Below, piece after piece: positions 1-9,134 of a DNA stretch of 32,000 bases (the stretch's first letter is position 1; each line of letters begins with the position of its first letter). Source of the DNA: Synechococcus sp. A15-24 (GTDB lineage: Bacteria > Cyanobacteriota > Cyanobacteriia > PCC-6307 > Cyanobiaceae); contig NZ_CP047960.1 in NCBI RefSeq assembly GCF_014280195.1, positions 840,001-872,000 of the forward strand, in the 5' to 3' direction. Made by a program: the position numbers and the translations under genes. The notes below the pieces were generated by a model that saw only the letters and a program-made list of their open reading frames with translations, searched no databases and was not told the DNA's origin.

Positions 1-1
1 G

Positions 2-1012
2 CTGTGCATCGAGCCGGATCCCAACCCACTGGATCGCAGCAACTTTCAGGTTGCCGGCCATGGCCAGCCCCTCAGCTGTGATCGCCGCCAACTGGCGGCG
101 CGACGCTGGCTGGACCAGCATCAGAGCCATGCTGCGAGGGCCGGCCTGGCTTGGCCGCTGCAGTGGAGTGCGCCGGACCCTGAGGTCACGATCGACCCAC
201 GCAGCGATGAGGAGCTGTTGCAGTGGCTGGTGGACCCGCAGTCAGCCTGGCTGCGCCAGCTGGGCCTCCATCCAGCAGAGCGGGTGGATCCCGTGGAGGA
301 TCTCGAGGCCTTGACGCTCAGCAGCCTGCTGCAGGCCCAGGTGTTGAATCAGGATCTGGAGGATCACCTGCTGGCGGCCGAGACGCCGGCATGGTGCGTG
401 ACGTTGGCGGGCCAGGGGGTGTTTCCCCCCGCAGCAGGGGCTGAGCTGGAGGAGGGAATCCTCAGCCATCGACTCCAGGCGTTGCAGCTGCAGCTGGATC
501 GGCTCGGACGTTGCAGCCACCAGGGAACGCTGCTGATGGCCGGCGACATTCAGGTGGTGGTTCAGCCCGGTCGCTTCACCCCCCGTGGTCTGATGCGGAG
601 CTGGCTGCAGCACCTAAGGCTCTGCGCAGACGATGCTGTCTTCGGCGGGAGCGCCGTCATCGCTCGGGCAGACAAAGGCGATGACGCCAAGACCCATGTG
701 CGTTGGGGACGTCTCGAACCTGCAGAGGCCCAGGCACAGCTGCTGACGCTGCAGCGGTTGGCTCAGCAGGGGCAGCATCAGTGCTGGCCGGTTCCCCCCA
801 GAAGCGGCTGGCTGTTGATGAGCAGGGAGCACAACAAGGCCGGCAGCGGCGTCGCCGTCTTTCAAGACAGCTGGATCCTGGAGCGGCAGGACCCCCAGCA
901 GCGGCTGTGCTTCGGCGCTGAAGCTGAGGCGGACCAGCTGTTGCAGAGCCAGGGCTTCGAGCAGGCGTGTGCGTTGCTCTACGAACCGATTCTGAAGGCC
1001 TTGGTGCACTGA
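2..1012 (+). CDS. recC: C-terminal part of a RecC-like exodeoxyribonuclease V gamma subunit; the 5' end lies outside the window
   Basis: Frame 2 is open from the first bases of the window (hand-translated 2-240, no stop) to TGA 1010-1012. Track ORF 218-1012 is only its TTG-initiated tail. Assigned mainly by context (recB and recD follow); no diagnostic motif was checked. Confidence 0.65.
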   Translation: MCIEPDPNPLDRSNFQVAGHGQPLSCDRRQLAARRWLDQHQSHAARAGLAWPLQWSAPDPEVTIDPRSDEELLQWLVDPQSAWLRQLGLHPAERVDPVEDLEALTLSSLLQAQVLNQDLEDHLLAAETPAWCVTLAGQGVFPPAAGAELEEGILSHRLQALQLQLDRLGRCSHQGTLLMAGDIQVVVQPGRFTPRGLMRSWLQHLRLCADDAVFGGSAVIARADKGDDAKTHVRWGRLEPAEAQAQLLTLQRLAQQGQHQCWPVPPRSGWLLMSREHNKAGSGVAVFQDSWILERQDPQQRLCFGAEAEADQLLQSQGFEQACALLYEPILKALVH

Positions 1013-1016
1013 AGAC

Positions 1017-1056
1017 AAGGCAGGTTCGCTGCCGAAACGGGCCAACGACCTGCCTT
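1017..1056. terminator. Hairpin between convergent recC and the phosphatase gene
   Basis: aaggcaggt (1017-1025) is the exact reverse complement of acctgcctt (1048-1056). The 22-nt loop has an inner gcc/ggc pair, and ttt follows the stem. It starts 5 nt after the recC stop. Confidence 0.4.
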
Positions 1057-1143
1057 TCGCATCCACCGTATGGAGATGGTTTCAACCGCGCCGTGGTGGC
1101 GACCGCGTTCACTGACCCTGTCAGGAATTCTGCACAGACTTGT

Positions 1144-1587
1144 TCATTCGGGTTTCAGTTCATCGAACAGCTGCTGCACCCGGTGCTCAAGCTGAGCGAT
1201 CGGATCGACGCCGTCCTCCTCACCGAGGTCTTTGACTATCCAGAAGCGGATTCTTTTCTCCCAGGCGGGGAACTGCTGCTGAACCATCGGGCGATGGGCC
1301 GCCTCATCAACAGCCACCACCACATCCGCAGCATCCAGGTCAGCTTCCGTGACCTGTTTTGGTGCGGCGAGGCTGGCTGGATCGACGGTCGCACCACGGT
1401 CCTGCAGGGCACTGATCGCCTCAGGCGCCATTGGACCGACGTTGCCACTGCTGGGATCCACCTTCAGCCCAGCAGAATCAACCTGCAGGCGTCCCGTTGC
1501 CTGGTTGATCTCGATCAGCTGCTGGAACAGCGCTTGCGAGAAACGACTACGGAAGTAGTTGCCGGTGCAGAGAAACAGGACGCGCAC
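1144..1587 (-). CDS. Low-molecular-weight protein-tyrosine phosphatase / ArsC-fold phosphatase
   Basis: 147 aa with a GTG start at 1587. N-terminal P-loop VLFLCTGNYFRSR matches C-X5-R-S, followed by VDSAGL. Size is typical of the LMW-PTP family. Confidence 0.8.
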   Translation of the reverse strand: MRVLFLCTGNYFRSRFSQALFQQLIEINQATGRLQVDSAGLKVDPSSGNVGPMAPEAISALQDRGATVDPASLAAPKQVTEADLDAADVVVAVDEAAHRPMVQQQFPAWEKRIRFWIVKDLGEEDGVDPIAQLEHRVQQLFDELKPE

Positions 1588-1593
1588 CGGGGG

Positions 1594-1776
1594 TCAGCCC
1601 CTGAAACTGTTGATCAGGGCAAAGCCGTACAACGCAACGATTGCGGCTCCCAACAATCCGATGGACGTGAGCTGGCGTGCCATGACGATGTGGTTCGGCA
1701 CCCTTGTTGTGACCCAGCTCAAAAACAGTGTCAATTGCGTTGCCGGATCGATGTTGGATCGCTCGTCGATGACCAT
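1594..1776 (-). CDS. Possible small membrane protein of 60 aa, or 29 aa if it starts at the internal Met at 1683
   Basis: One hydrophobic helix, LTSIGLLGAAIVALYGFALI. Third codon positions are G/C-rich like the host genes. It lies in the same frame as the phosphatase, separated by a single TGA. The full-length start would sit only 17 nt from the divergent recB ATG. Confidence 0.25.
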   Translation of the reverse strand: MVIDERSNIDPATQLTLFLSWVTTRVPNHIVMARQLTSIGLLGAAIVALYGFALINSFRG

Positions 1777-1793
1777 GGCCGGAGGGCAGCGCC

Positions 1794-4700
1794 ATGCGCT
1801 TTGACCCCAATCGCTACCCCCTCGACCCCGGTCTGCGGCTGTTGGAGGCGAGCGCCGGCACCGGCAAGACCTTTTCCCTGGCGCATCTGACCTTGCGACT
1901 GATCAGCGAGGCCGCCATGCCCTTGCCCAGTCTCCTGGTGGTGACCTTCACGGATGCGGCGGCAGCGGAATTGCGCTCCCGCATCGGTCAGCGTCTGCAG
2001 GATGCGCTGGCAGGGCTTGAGGCCGTTGCACGCGGTGACGCCCTGCCGGAGGCGGATCCGGTGCTGCAGCAGTGGTGGCAGCAGGCCCCGCAAGGTCAGT
2101 CCCGGCGTGACTGGATCAGCCGTGTGCTGATGGCCCTCGAACAACTCGATGCCGCCGACATCACCACCATCCATGGCTTCTGCAGCCGCAGCCTGCGACG
2201 TCAGGCGATCAACAGTGGTGCGGCGATGCAGCAGCAGCTGGAGACCGATGCCACGGCACTCGTGCAGGAAGTGGTGCAAGAGCTCTGGCAACAGCAACTG
2301 TTTACCCTCCCCCTGCCGCAGTTGCAGGGATTGGTTCGGGCCGGCCTGACCGCCGATGGGCTGGCGGCTGCGCTGCTGCGTCTCGATGGTGATCCCCAGG
2401 CTCGGCTGCAGACGGATGGGGATGACTTCGATCCCAACCAGCCTCTGGGGGCGCAGCTGGAGGTTTCGCTTCAGCTGAGCTGGGAGCGTTTTGTGCAGTT
2501 TTGGACGCGTGATGGCGAGGATCTGGAGCAGTGCTTCCGGACAACGGCGACGCAGTGGAAGGCGATGGGGTGCAAACCATCGCCCTACAGCCCCAAACCA
2601 ACCAGTGATCGTTGCTGTCAGATGGATCGCTGGGTCGCGGCCCAACACGACACCCCAGATCTCAGCACGATCCGTGCGCAACAGAAACTGCTGCACGACT
2701 ACTTCCACCCAGGCGTCTGGTGCCGAACGGCGCGCAAGTGCGGCGAGCAGGAGCCATCCCTGGCCGCTCCTGAATTGCAACAGGCCATCGCCGATCTCTG
2801 GGATGGTCCGATCGAACGGGTGTGGCGCTATGCCCTGCAACGGGGATGGCAGCAGCTTCAGCGACGACGGCAGCGGAGCGGCACGGTCAGCTTTGCTGGC
2901 CTGCTGACGGCTATGGACCCAGGTGATGCTGAAGCCTCCTGGTTGGAGCCGTTGCAGCAGCGATATCGCGCCGTGATGGTGGATGAATTTCAGGACACCG
3001 ATCCGGTGCAGTGGCGGCTGCTGCAACGAAGTTTCGGAGGTGGCTCGCACCTGCTGTTGCTGGTGGGGGATCCCAAGCAAGCGATCTATCGCTTCCGCGG
3101 TGGTGATCTGGACACCTACCGGCGGGCGCGTGGACTGGTGAGCCGGATCGACACGCTGGAGGACAACTACCGCACCACACCACCGTTGATGGCGGGGCTG
3201 AATGCCTTGATGACGCCGGGATTGCCGGAGTCAAGGCTGGAGGTTCCGGCGGTTCACGCCCGCACTGCACGGTCAGCGGCGGTTCTTCCCAAGGGACAGC
3301 AGCCCCTGCAGCTGCTGCAGTTCGAGCAGGACCTTCCGGCGGGGAAGACCGCCATTGAAGCGGCGATACCGCCAGCTGTTGCTGAGGTGGTGATGCAACT
3401 GCTGATCGAACAACCGGCACTGAGCCCCGATCAGCTCTGCATCCTCGTGAGCCGGCACGACCAGGCGGCTGATCTGCGGCGGGCCCTGGCGGAGCGAGGT
3501 GTGCCCACACGACTGGTGGCCCAGGGAGACGTGCTGGACAGCGACGCTGCCCTGGTGCTGCAGCGCTTGCTGGATGCCCTGGCGGCGCCGGCGGATGACC
3601 GTCGCCTGCGGCTGCTTGCCGCCTCTCCCTTGGTGGGGTGGAGTGCCGACCAACTGCGTTGTGAGGCCCAGGATCCGCAGCTCGATGCGCTGGCTCAGCG
3701 TTTACGCCAGGCGGCGGATCAGTTGCCGCGGCTGGGACTGCTGGGTTGCCTGTCGGGGCTGCTGGACGCTGAACGCACGGCTGGTCTGTCCGACGAGGGG
3801 CGGATGCTGGGGGATCTGCAGCAGGCAGCCCGGTTGGTGCAGGAGGAAATGCACCGTCAGGGCTTGGATCTGGCTGCTGCTGCCCTTTGGTTGCGGCGGC
3901 AACGGCTGCATCCCCCCAGTCCACTGCCACCGGCCCGCGAACCCCACAGCGACTTGGCGGAGAGCGCTGTGGCGGTGGTGACGGTTCACCGCAGCAAGGG
4001 GCTGGAATTTCCTCTGGTGATCTGCCCCTACCTCTGGGCTGGTGCCAAGGAGGCGCGTTACGTCACCGGCCCCCTGTGGCGCGATGGCGCGGCAGGGGGT
4101 TGGCGGATCGCCTTGAACCGCGATTGGGGCCTTGGCTGGACGGCCTGGCAGCGCAGCCATGCCGAACAGGTGGCGGAAGCCGAGCGGTTGGCTTATGTCG
4201 CCGTCACCCGCGCTCGCTCGCAGCTGCTGCTGCTCTGGGCCCGCTGCGCGCCGCAGCAGTCGGTGCTGCAGCACTGGCTGTTCGAAGGCGACGCGGAAAC
4301 GCTGCGGGATCTGCCCCTCAGCCATCGGCCGCTGAAAGAGGTGGTTGGTCAGCAACGCTGGCGAGCGCCCCATCGCCAGGAGGCGTTGGCGATCGGAGCC
4401 ACGCCACAGAGGATCGATCGCAGCTGGGGACGTTCCAGCTACTCCGCCTGGATCGCCGCGCCGGCGGCGGAAGCGGTGTTGGAGCAGGGTCGTGACCAGG
4501 ATCCAGAGGCCGAGGAGGTCACAGCAGCAGGTCTTGAGGAGTGGCCGGATCGGGGGCCTTTGGCGGACTTCCCCCGGGGTGCTGCGGCCGGGGATTGCTT
4601 GCACCGCATGCTCGAGCAACTGCCCTTCCAGTGCTCCGGTGATTGGGGCCCTGTGATCGAGCAGGAACTGCATCGATCAGGGCTGTCCCTGGACTGGCGC

Positions 4701-5354
4701 GAGGCGGTGGAACAGGGGCTGCAGCAGGTGCTGGACACCCCGTTGGGGGGACCACTGGCGGCCCTGCCACTCAGCGCCTTAACGCCGGATCGCCGCTTGC
4801 ATGAGCTCAGCTTTGATTTGCCGGTGCGTCACGCCCGCACGGATGACCTCGTCGAGGCGTTTCGACTGGATCCAGAGGCTCGCTTTGGCCGCGATTACAT
4901 CGATCAGCTCAGCAGCCTGCAGGTGAACAGCCGCGGTTTTCTGACCGGATCGATTGACCTGGTGTTCAGCGATGCTGCCGATCCCCTGCAGGCTCGCTGG
5001 TGGGTGGCGGACTGGAAAAGCAACTGGATCGGTGAACGCGGCGAGCCCGGCTCCCCCAGCTGCTGCGGCCCACGCCACTACGACCAGGTGGCGATGGAGG
5101 AGCAGATGCGGCATCACCACTACCCCCTGCAGGCCCATCTGTATCTGGTGGCTCTGCACCGGCACCTGCAGTGGCGACTGCCCGGCTATGTGCCGGAGCG
5201 TCATCTCGGCGGTTATGTCTATGTCTTTCTGCGGGGAATGCCCGGTCTGAGCATTGGCAGCTCCGGAGAAACAGGGCCAGGACGCATCGTGGAGCCGGCA
5301 CCATTGCGACGGGTCCTGGCCCTCGATCGGATGCTGCGGCAGGTGGCGGTATGA
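1794..5354 (+). CDS. recB: RecB, exodeoxyribonuclease V beta subunit (UvrD-type helicase plus PD-(D/E)XK nuclease)
   Basis: 1186 aa. Walker A is ASAGTGKTF near the N-terminus, with VDEFQDTD and a UvrD-like core. The C-terminal nuclease motif is GSIDLVF...WWVADWKSNW. GGAGGG sits 8 nt upstream of ATG 1794. Confidence 0.95.
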   Translation: MRFDPNRYPLDPGLRLLEASAGTGKTFSLAHLTLRLISEAAMPLPSLLVVTFTDAAAAELRSRIGQRLQDALAGLEAVARGDALPEADPVLQQWWQQAPQGQSRRDWISRVLMALEQLDAADITTIHGFCSRSLRRQAINSGAAMQQQLETDATALVQEVVQELWQQQLFTLPLPQLQGLVRAGLTADGLAAALLRLDGDPQARLQTDGDDFDPNQPLGAQLEVSLQLSWERFVQFWTRDGEDLEQCFRTTATQWKAMGCKPSPYSPKPTSDRCCQMDRWVAAQHDTPDLSTIRAQQKLLHDYFHPGVWCRTARKCGEQEPSLAAPELQQAIADLWDGPIERVWRYALQRGWQQLQRRRQRSGTVSFAGLLTAMDPGDAEASWLEPLQQRYRAVMVDEFQDTDPVQWRLLQRSFGGGSHLLLLVGDPKQAIYRFRGGDLDTYRRARGLVSRIDTLEDNYRTTPPLMAGLNALMTPGLPESRLEVPAVHARTARSAAVLPKGQQPLQLLQFEQDLPAGKTAIEAAIPPAVAEVVMQLLIEQPALSPDQLCILVSRHDQAADLRRALAERGVPTRLVAQGDVLDSDAALVLQRLLDALAAPADDRRLRLLAASPLVGWSADQLRCEAQDPQLDALAQRLRQAADQLPRLGLLGCLSGLLDAERTAGLSDEGRMLGDLQQAARLVQEEMHRQGLDLAAAALWLRRQRLHPPSPLPPAREPHSDLAESAVAVVTVHRSKGLEFPLVICPYLWAGAKEARYVTGPLWRDGAAGGWRIALNRDWGLGWTAWQRSHAEQVAEAERLAYVAVTRARSQLLLLWARCAPQQSVLQHWLFEGDAETLRDLPLSHRPLKEVVGQQRWRAPHRQEALAIGATPQRIDRSWGRSSYSAWIAAPAAEAVLEQGRDQDPEAEEVTAAGLEEWPDRGPLADFPRGAAAGDCLHRMLEQLPFQCSGDWGPVIEQELHRSGLSLDWREAVEQGLQQVLDTPLGGPLAALPLSALTPDRRLHELSFDLPVRHARTDDLVEAFRLDPEARFGRDYIDQLSSLQVNSRGFLTGSIDLVFSDAADPLQARWWVADWKSNWIGERGEPGSPSCCGPRHYDQVAMEEQMRHHHYPLQAHLYLVALHRHLQWRLPGYVPERHLGGYVYVFLRGMPGLSIGSSGETGPGRIVEPAPLRRVLALDRMLRQVAV

Positions 5355-6904
5355 GCAGCAGCTGGTCTCCGGCCTTTGCCACAGCGGTCCACGCTGCCCT
5401 GGTGCGCCGTTGTCCGCCGGCTGAAGGGGGAGCTGCTCTGGCTGAGCTCAGCCAGGCCCTAGTGGATGCGCTGGAGCGGGGTGAGCTGGATCTGCCGCTC
5501 ACGCCGGACCGGGTTGCGGTGGTTCAAGCCAGTGGCTGGTTGGAGGGTGACGACTCGCCGCTGCTGCAACGGGGCGAGCGGATCGGCTGGCGGCGCTGGC
5601 TGGAAGCCATGTATGGGGTGGTGGAGCAGCTGCTAGAGCGACAGCCGCCATCCCTGCCTACCCCTCAGGAGGCCCCAGAGCCCCCGAGCACGCTCAATCC
5701 CGAGCAACAGGCTGCGGTGTTGGCCATGGATGGTGCCGCCGTGGTGCTGCTCAGCGGTGGCCCGGGCACGGGCAAGACCAGCACGGTGGTGGAGCTGCTG
5801 CGGCGGGCGAGCCAGCGCCATCCCACAGTGCGCATCGGGTTGGCGGCACCCACCGGTAAAGCAGCGCGTCGGTTGGGGGATGCCGTTCGGCCTGGGTTGA
5901 ACGAGCTGCCCTGTTTCACGCTGCATCGCTGGCTGGAGGCCGCCGGGGATGGGTTCCGTCGCCATCGTCAGCGACCGCTGGAGCTTGATCTGCTGGTGGT
6001 TGATGAGATGTCGATGGTGGATCTGGAGTTGATGAGCGCCCTGCTGGAGGCGTTGCCGGATGCGTGCCGGTTGTTGTTGGTCGGTGACCCGGCGCAGTTG
6101 CCTCCGGTGGGGAGTGGTGCGGTCTGGCAACGGTTGCAGGATCCCGCCGTGCGTGAGCGCTTTGGTTCTGCAGCAGTTCATCTGGTGCACACTTACCGCA
6201 ACCGCGGTGCCTTGGCGGCGTTGGCCACGACCCTGCGTCAGCAGGGGATCGAGGCGTTCAGGCGGAATCTGGAGCAGCTGCCTGCAACGGCCAACGTTCA
6301 GCACCAGCGGGCCAGTCTGCGGCGGCTGCCGCCATCGGTGCGGGATGGCTGGCGGGACCGCCATCAGCGCCTCTCAGCCCTGGCGACGGGGTTGGTTGAG
6401 ATGCCGGAGTCTGAGCTGAACGACGCCGCGGATCAGTTGCTGCTGGAACTGGAGAAGGATTTGCTGCTCTGCCCTCGCCGGCGTGGACCCTGGAGCCTTG
6501 AGGACGTGCACCGATCGCTCTTGGGTGGAGGGGGCTGGATGGCCCCGTTGCATTGGCCGGAGGGGGTACCGGTGATCTGTGGCGGCAATCAGCCGGAGCT
6601 GGGGCTCGCCAATGGCGATCTCGGCGTCAAGCTGGGAACCGGCGAGCAGAGTCGGGTGCTGTTCCGCGTGATGGCAGCGGATGGGCAGGCGCAGATCCGT
6701 CGGCTGCATCCAGCTCGGTTGACGTCCCTGGAGCCGGCTCTGGCGCTCACGATTCATCGGGCCCAGGGCAGCGAGGCTGACCGGGTCACCGTGCTGTGGC
6801 CACCGCTGCAGGAGGACAACATCGCCTACGACAGCTGTCTTCTCTACACAGCCATCACGAGGGCCCATGGCAGCCTGGATTTGATCACTGCTGTCGATCG
6901 CTGA
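5351..6904 (+). CDS. recD: RecD, exodeoxyribonuclease V alpha subunit
   Basis: ATG 5351 overlaps the recB TGA (ATGA at 5351-5354). Motifs: Walker A LSGGPGTGKTS, Walker B LLVVDEMSMVD, LLLVGDPAQLPPVGSG, LTIHRAQGSE, YTAITRA. I reject the track start at 5171 because it lies inside recB. Confidence 0.9.
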   Translation: MSSSWSPAFATAVHAALVRRCPPAEGGAALAELSQALVDALERGELDLPLTPDRVAVVQASGWLEGDDSPLLQRGERIGWRRWLEAMYGVVEQLLERQPPSLPTPQEAPEPPSTLNPEQQAAVLAMDGAAVVLLSGGPGTGKTSTVVELLRRASQRHPTVRIGLAAPTGKAARRLGDAVRPGLNELPCFTLHRWLEAAGDGFRRHRQRPLELDLLVVDEMSMVDLELMSALLEALPDACRLLLVGDPAQLPPVGSGAVWQRLQDPAVRERFGSAAVHLVHTYRNRGALAALATTLRQQGIEAFRRNLEQLPATANVQHQRASLRRLPPSVRDGWRDRHQRLSALATGLVEMPESELNDAADQLLLELEKDLLLCPRRRGPWSLEDVHRSLLGGGGWMAPLHWPEGVPVICGGNQPELGLANGDLGVKLGTGEQSRVLFRVMAADGQAQIRRLHPARLTSLEPALALTIHRAQGSEADRVTVLWPPLQEDNIAYDSCLLYTAITRAHGSLDLITAVDR

Positions 6905-7245
6905 TGCGGGTTGAACGGCCCTGGGGCTGGTACGAAGACCTGCTGGCCGCTCCCGGTTACAAGGTGAAGCGACTGCTGATTCACCGTGGTCGGCAATTGT
7001 CACTCCAGCGTCACCGCCACCGCAGTGAGAGCTGGACGGTGGTCGCCGGAGATGGTGCCCTGCTGTGTGGTGAACGCTGGCTGGAGGCCGAGGCCGGCGT
7101 GATGCTCACCATTCCCTGTGGTGCATTGCATCGCGCCCGCAGTGACCAATCTGACCTGGTCATGCTCGAGGTCCAACACGGCAACGATTTGCGGGAAGAC
7201 GACATCGAACGCCTGCAGGATGATTACGGACGGGTGATAAGTTGA
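6904..7245 (+). CDS. Stand-alone cupin, like the C-terminal domain of type II mannose-6-phosphate isomerase (ManC)
   Basis: 113 aa: MRVERPWGWYE...KVKRLLIHRGRQLSLQRHRHRSESWTVVAG...LEVQHGNDLREDDIERLQDDYGR. ATG 6904 shares its A with the recD TGA (TGATG). Confidence 0.8.
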   Translation: MRVERPWGWYEDLLAAPGYKVKRLLIHRGRQLSLQRHRHRSESWTVVAGDGALLCGERWLEAEAGVMLTIPCGALHRARSDQSDLVMLEVQHGNDLREDDIERLQDDYGRVIS

Positions 7246-7349
7246 AGACCAACCTTTGAAGCGTAGGCAACACAACCAGAGAGCGATTTTCAGTCGCCGG
7301 GAGGTTGTGAGCCTGATTTCAGAGATCAATCAGGCCAGGGCCTACAACC

Positions 7350-9134
7350 ATGAATGACCAACAGCTCGGGGAGACCCCGTGCACCGTCGATCTGTCCGCA
7401 TCTGCCCTGACTGAGCAGGCCACTGCAGAGCAGGCGTCTCCTGAAGTCTTCACCACAACGATCGACGCCCAGCAACCGGAATCGGGATTCGATGGGTTCG
7501 GATTCAGTGAGGCATTGCTGAAGACTCTGGCTGATAAGGGCTACAGCGAGCCTTCACCGATTCAGAAGGCGGCCTTCCCAGAATTGATGCTGGGGCGTGA
7601 CCTGGTGGGCCAGGCCCAGACCGGCACCGGAAAAACGGCGGCCTTCGCGTTGCCGTTGCTCGAACGGCTCGCCAGTGGCCAGAAAACCCCGCAGGCCCTC
7701 GTGCTGGCACCCACCCGCGAACTGGCCATGCAGGTGGCTGATTCGTTCAAGGCCTATTCCGCTGGGCATCCGCACCTGAAGGTGCTGGCGATTTACGGGG
7801 GCACCGACTTCCGTTCTCAGATCAACACCCTGCGCCGAGGCGTGGATGTTGTGGTGGGAACACCGGGCCGGGTGATGGATCACATGCGGCAGGGCACCTT
7901 GGACACCTCCGGCCTACGCAGCCTGGTGCTGGATGAAGCCGATGAAATGCTGCGGATGGGCTTCATCGACGATGTCGAATGGATCCTGGAGCAACTGCCG
8001 CAGGAACGGCAGGTGGTGCTGTTCTCCGCGACCATGCCACCGGAGATCCGTCGGCTGTCGAAGCGCTATTTAAAGGATCCAGCCGAGGTCACGATCCGCA
8101 CCAAGGATCAGGAAGGCAAACGGATTCGCCAGCGTTCGATCACCGTGCCGATGCCCCACAAGCTGGAGGCTCTGCAGCGGGTGCTCGATGCCTGCGGTGG
8201 TGAAGGGGTGATCATTTTCGCCCGCACCAAGGCCATCACCCTCACCGTGGCGGAGACGCTTGAGGCGGGCGGGCATCAGGTGGCCGTGCTCAACGGTGAT
8301 GTGCCGCAGAACCAGCGTGAGCGGACGGTGGAACGGCTGCGCAGTGGCTCCGTTGACATCCTTGTGGCCACCGATGTGGCCGCTCGAGGCCTGGATGTGG
8401 ATCGCATCGGGTTGGTGATCAACTACGACATGCCGTTCGATAGCGAGGCCTACGTCCATCGCATCGGCCGCACCGGCCGGGCCGGTCGCACGGGGGAGGC
8501 TGTGCTGTTTGTCACCCCGCGCGAGCGACGCTTCATCAACAACCTTGAGCGGGCAACCGGCCAGCCGATCGAGGCGATGGAGGTCCCAGGCAACTCCGCG
8601 ATTAACCAGGGTCGACTCGATCGTTTGCACAAACGCCTCAGCGAAGCAGCCCACAACGAGCGGCCCTATGAGGAAGAAGCGGCGCTGCTGAAAGAGCTGT
8701 TGCAACGCATCGGCACGGAACTGGAGCTCAGCCCTGAGCAACTGGCCTACGCCGCCCTCAGCATGGCCATCGGCCCAGACCCTTTGCTGCGCCAGAAGGG
8801 CGACGACGAGTGGATTCACAACAACCAGCGCCGCGATCGTGATCGAGGCGGCGAACGGAGAGAGCGCCGCTCCGATCGTCCGGCCCGTGCCCCGGAGGAG
8901 AACATGCAGCGCTATCGAGTCGAGGTTGGGCACCGTGATCGCGTCAAGCCCGGCAACCTCGTCGGGGCCATCGCCGGAGAAACCGGTCTGCAGGGCCGTG
9001 CGATCGGCCGGATTCAGATTTTCGACAACCACAGCTTTGTGGATTTGCCTAAAGGCATGCCGGAGGATGTCTTTAACAGCTTGCGGCGGCTTCGGGTGAT
9101 GAACCGGGAGCTGCAGATCACTCAGGCGTTGTGA
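7350..9134 (+). CDS. deaD: DEAD-box ATP-dependent RNA helicase with DeaD/CsdA-type architecture
   Basis: Q motif PSPIQ, then AQTGTGKT, VLDEADEML, SAT and HRIGRTGRAG. The C-terminal part is DbpA-like (YRVEVGHRDRVKPGNLVGAIAGE) and preceded by an Arg/Asp-rich tract. Confidence 0.93.
   Translation: MNDQQLGETPCTVDLSASALTEQATAEQASPEVFTTTIDAQQPESGFDGFGFSEALLKTLADKGYSEPSPIQKAAFPELMLGRDLVGQAQTGTGKTAAFALPLLERLASGQKTPQALVLAPTRELAMQVADSFKAYSAGHPHLKVLAIYGGTDFRSQINTLRRGVDVVVGTPGRVMDHMRQGTLDTSGLRSLVLDEADEMLRMGFIDDVEWILEQLPQERQVVLFSATMPPEIRRLSKRYLKDPAEVTIRTKDQEGKRIRQRSITVPMPHKLEALQRVLDACGGEGVIIFARTKAITLTVAETLEAGGHQVAVLNGDVPQNQRERTVERLRSGSVDILVATDVAARGLDVDRIGLVINYDMPFDSEAYVHRIGRTGRAGRTGEAVLFVTPRERRFINNLERATGQPIEAMEVPGNSAINQGRLDRLHKRLSEAAHNERPYEEEAALLKELLQRIGTELELSPEQLAYAALSMAIGPDPLLRQKGDDEWIHNNQRRDRDRGGERRERRSDRPARAPEENMQRYRVEVGHRDRVKPGNLVGAIAGETGLQGRAIGRIQIFDNHSFVDLPKGMPEDVFNSLRRLRVMNRELQITQAL

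Noticed and set aside
1594-1596. In-frame TGA before the phosphatase read as selenocysteine
   Set aside because: I see no SECIS-like structure. I know of no Sec machinery in this group, and the position precedes the natural N-terminus of LMW-PTPs. Chance or gene decay is more likely.
1731-4673. Long minus-strand ORFs inside recB: 1731-3080 (449 aa), 2911-3930 (339 aa) and 3702-4673 (323 aa)
   Set aside because: They are antisense shadow ORFs of a well-supported gene. Their translations are Pro/Arg/Gly/Ala/Gln-rich low-complexity sequence with no motifs, as expected for off-frame reading of high-GC DNA.
5171-5350. Upstream extensions offered by the ORF track for recD (5171), the cupin (6796), rbp (9670), the ABC exporter (10141) and the GST fusion (18869)
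   Set aside because: The extensions lie inside the preceding gene or add non-homologous leaders. In each case an internal start gives a canonical N-terminus, and often an exact stop/start overlap with the upstream gene.
8070-9032. 320-aa minus-strand ORF opposite the DEAD-box helicase
   Set aside because: It lies entirely within a motif-rich plus-strand gene and has no recognisable domain. This is a typical GC-driven open antisense frame.
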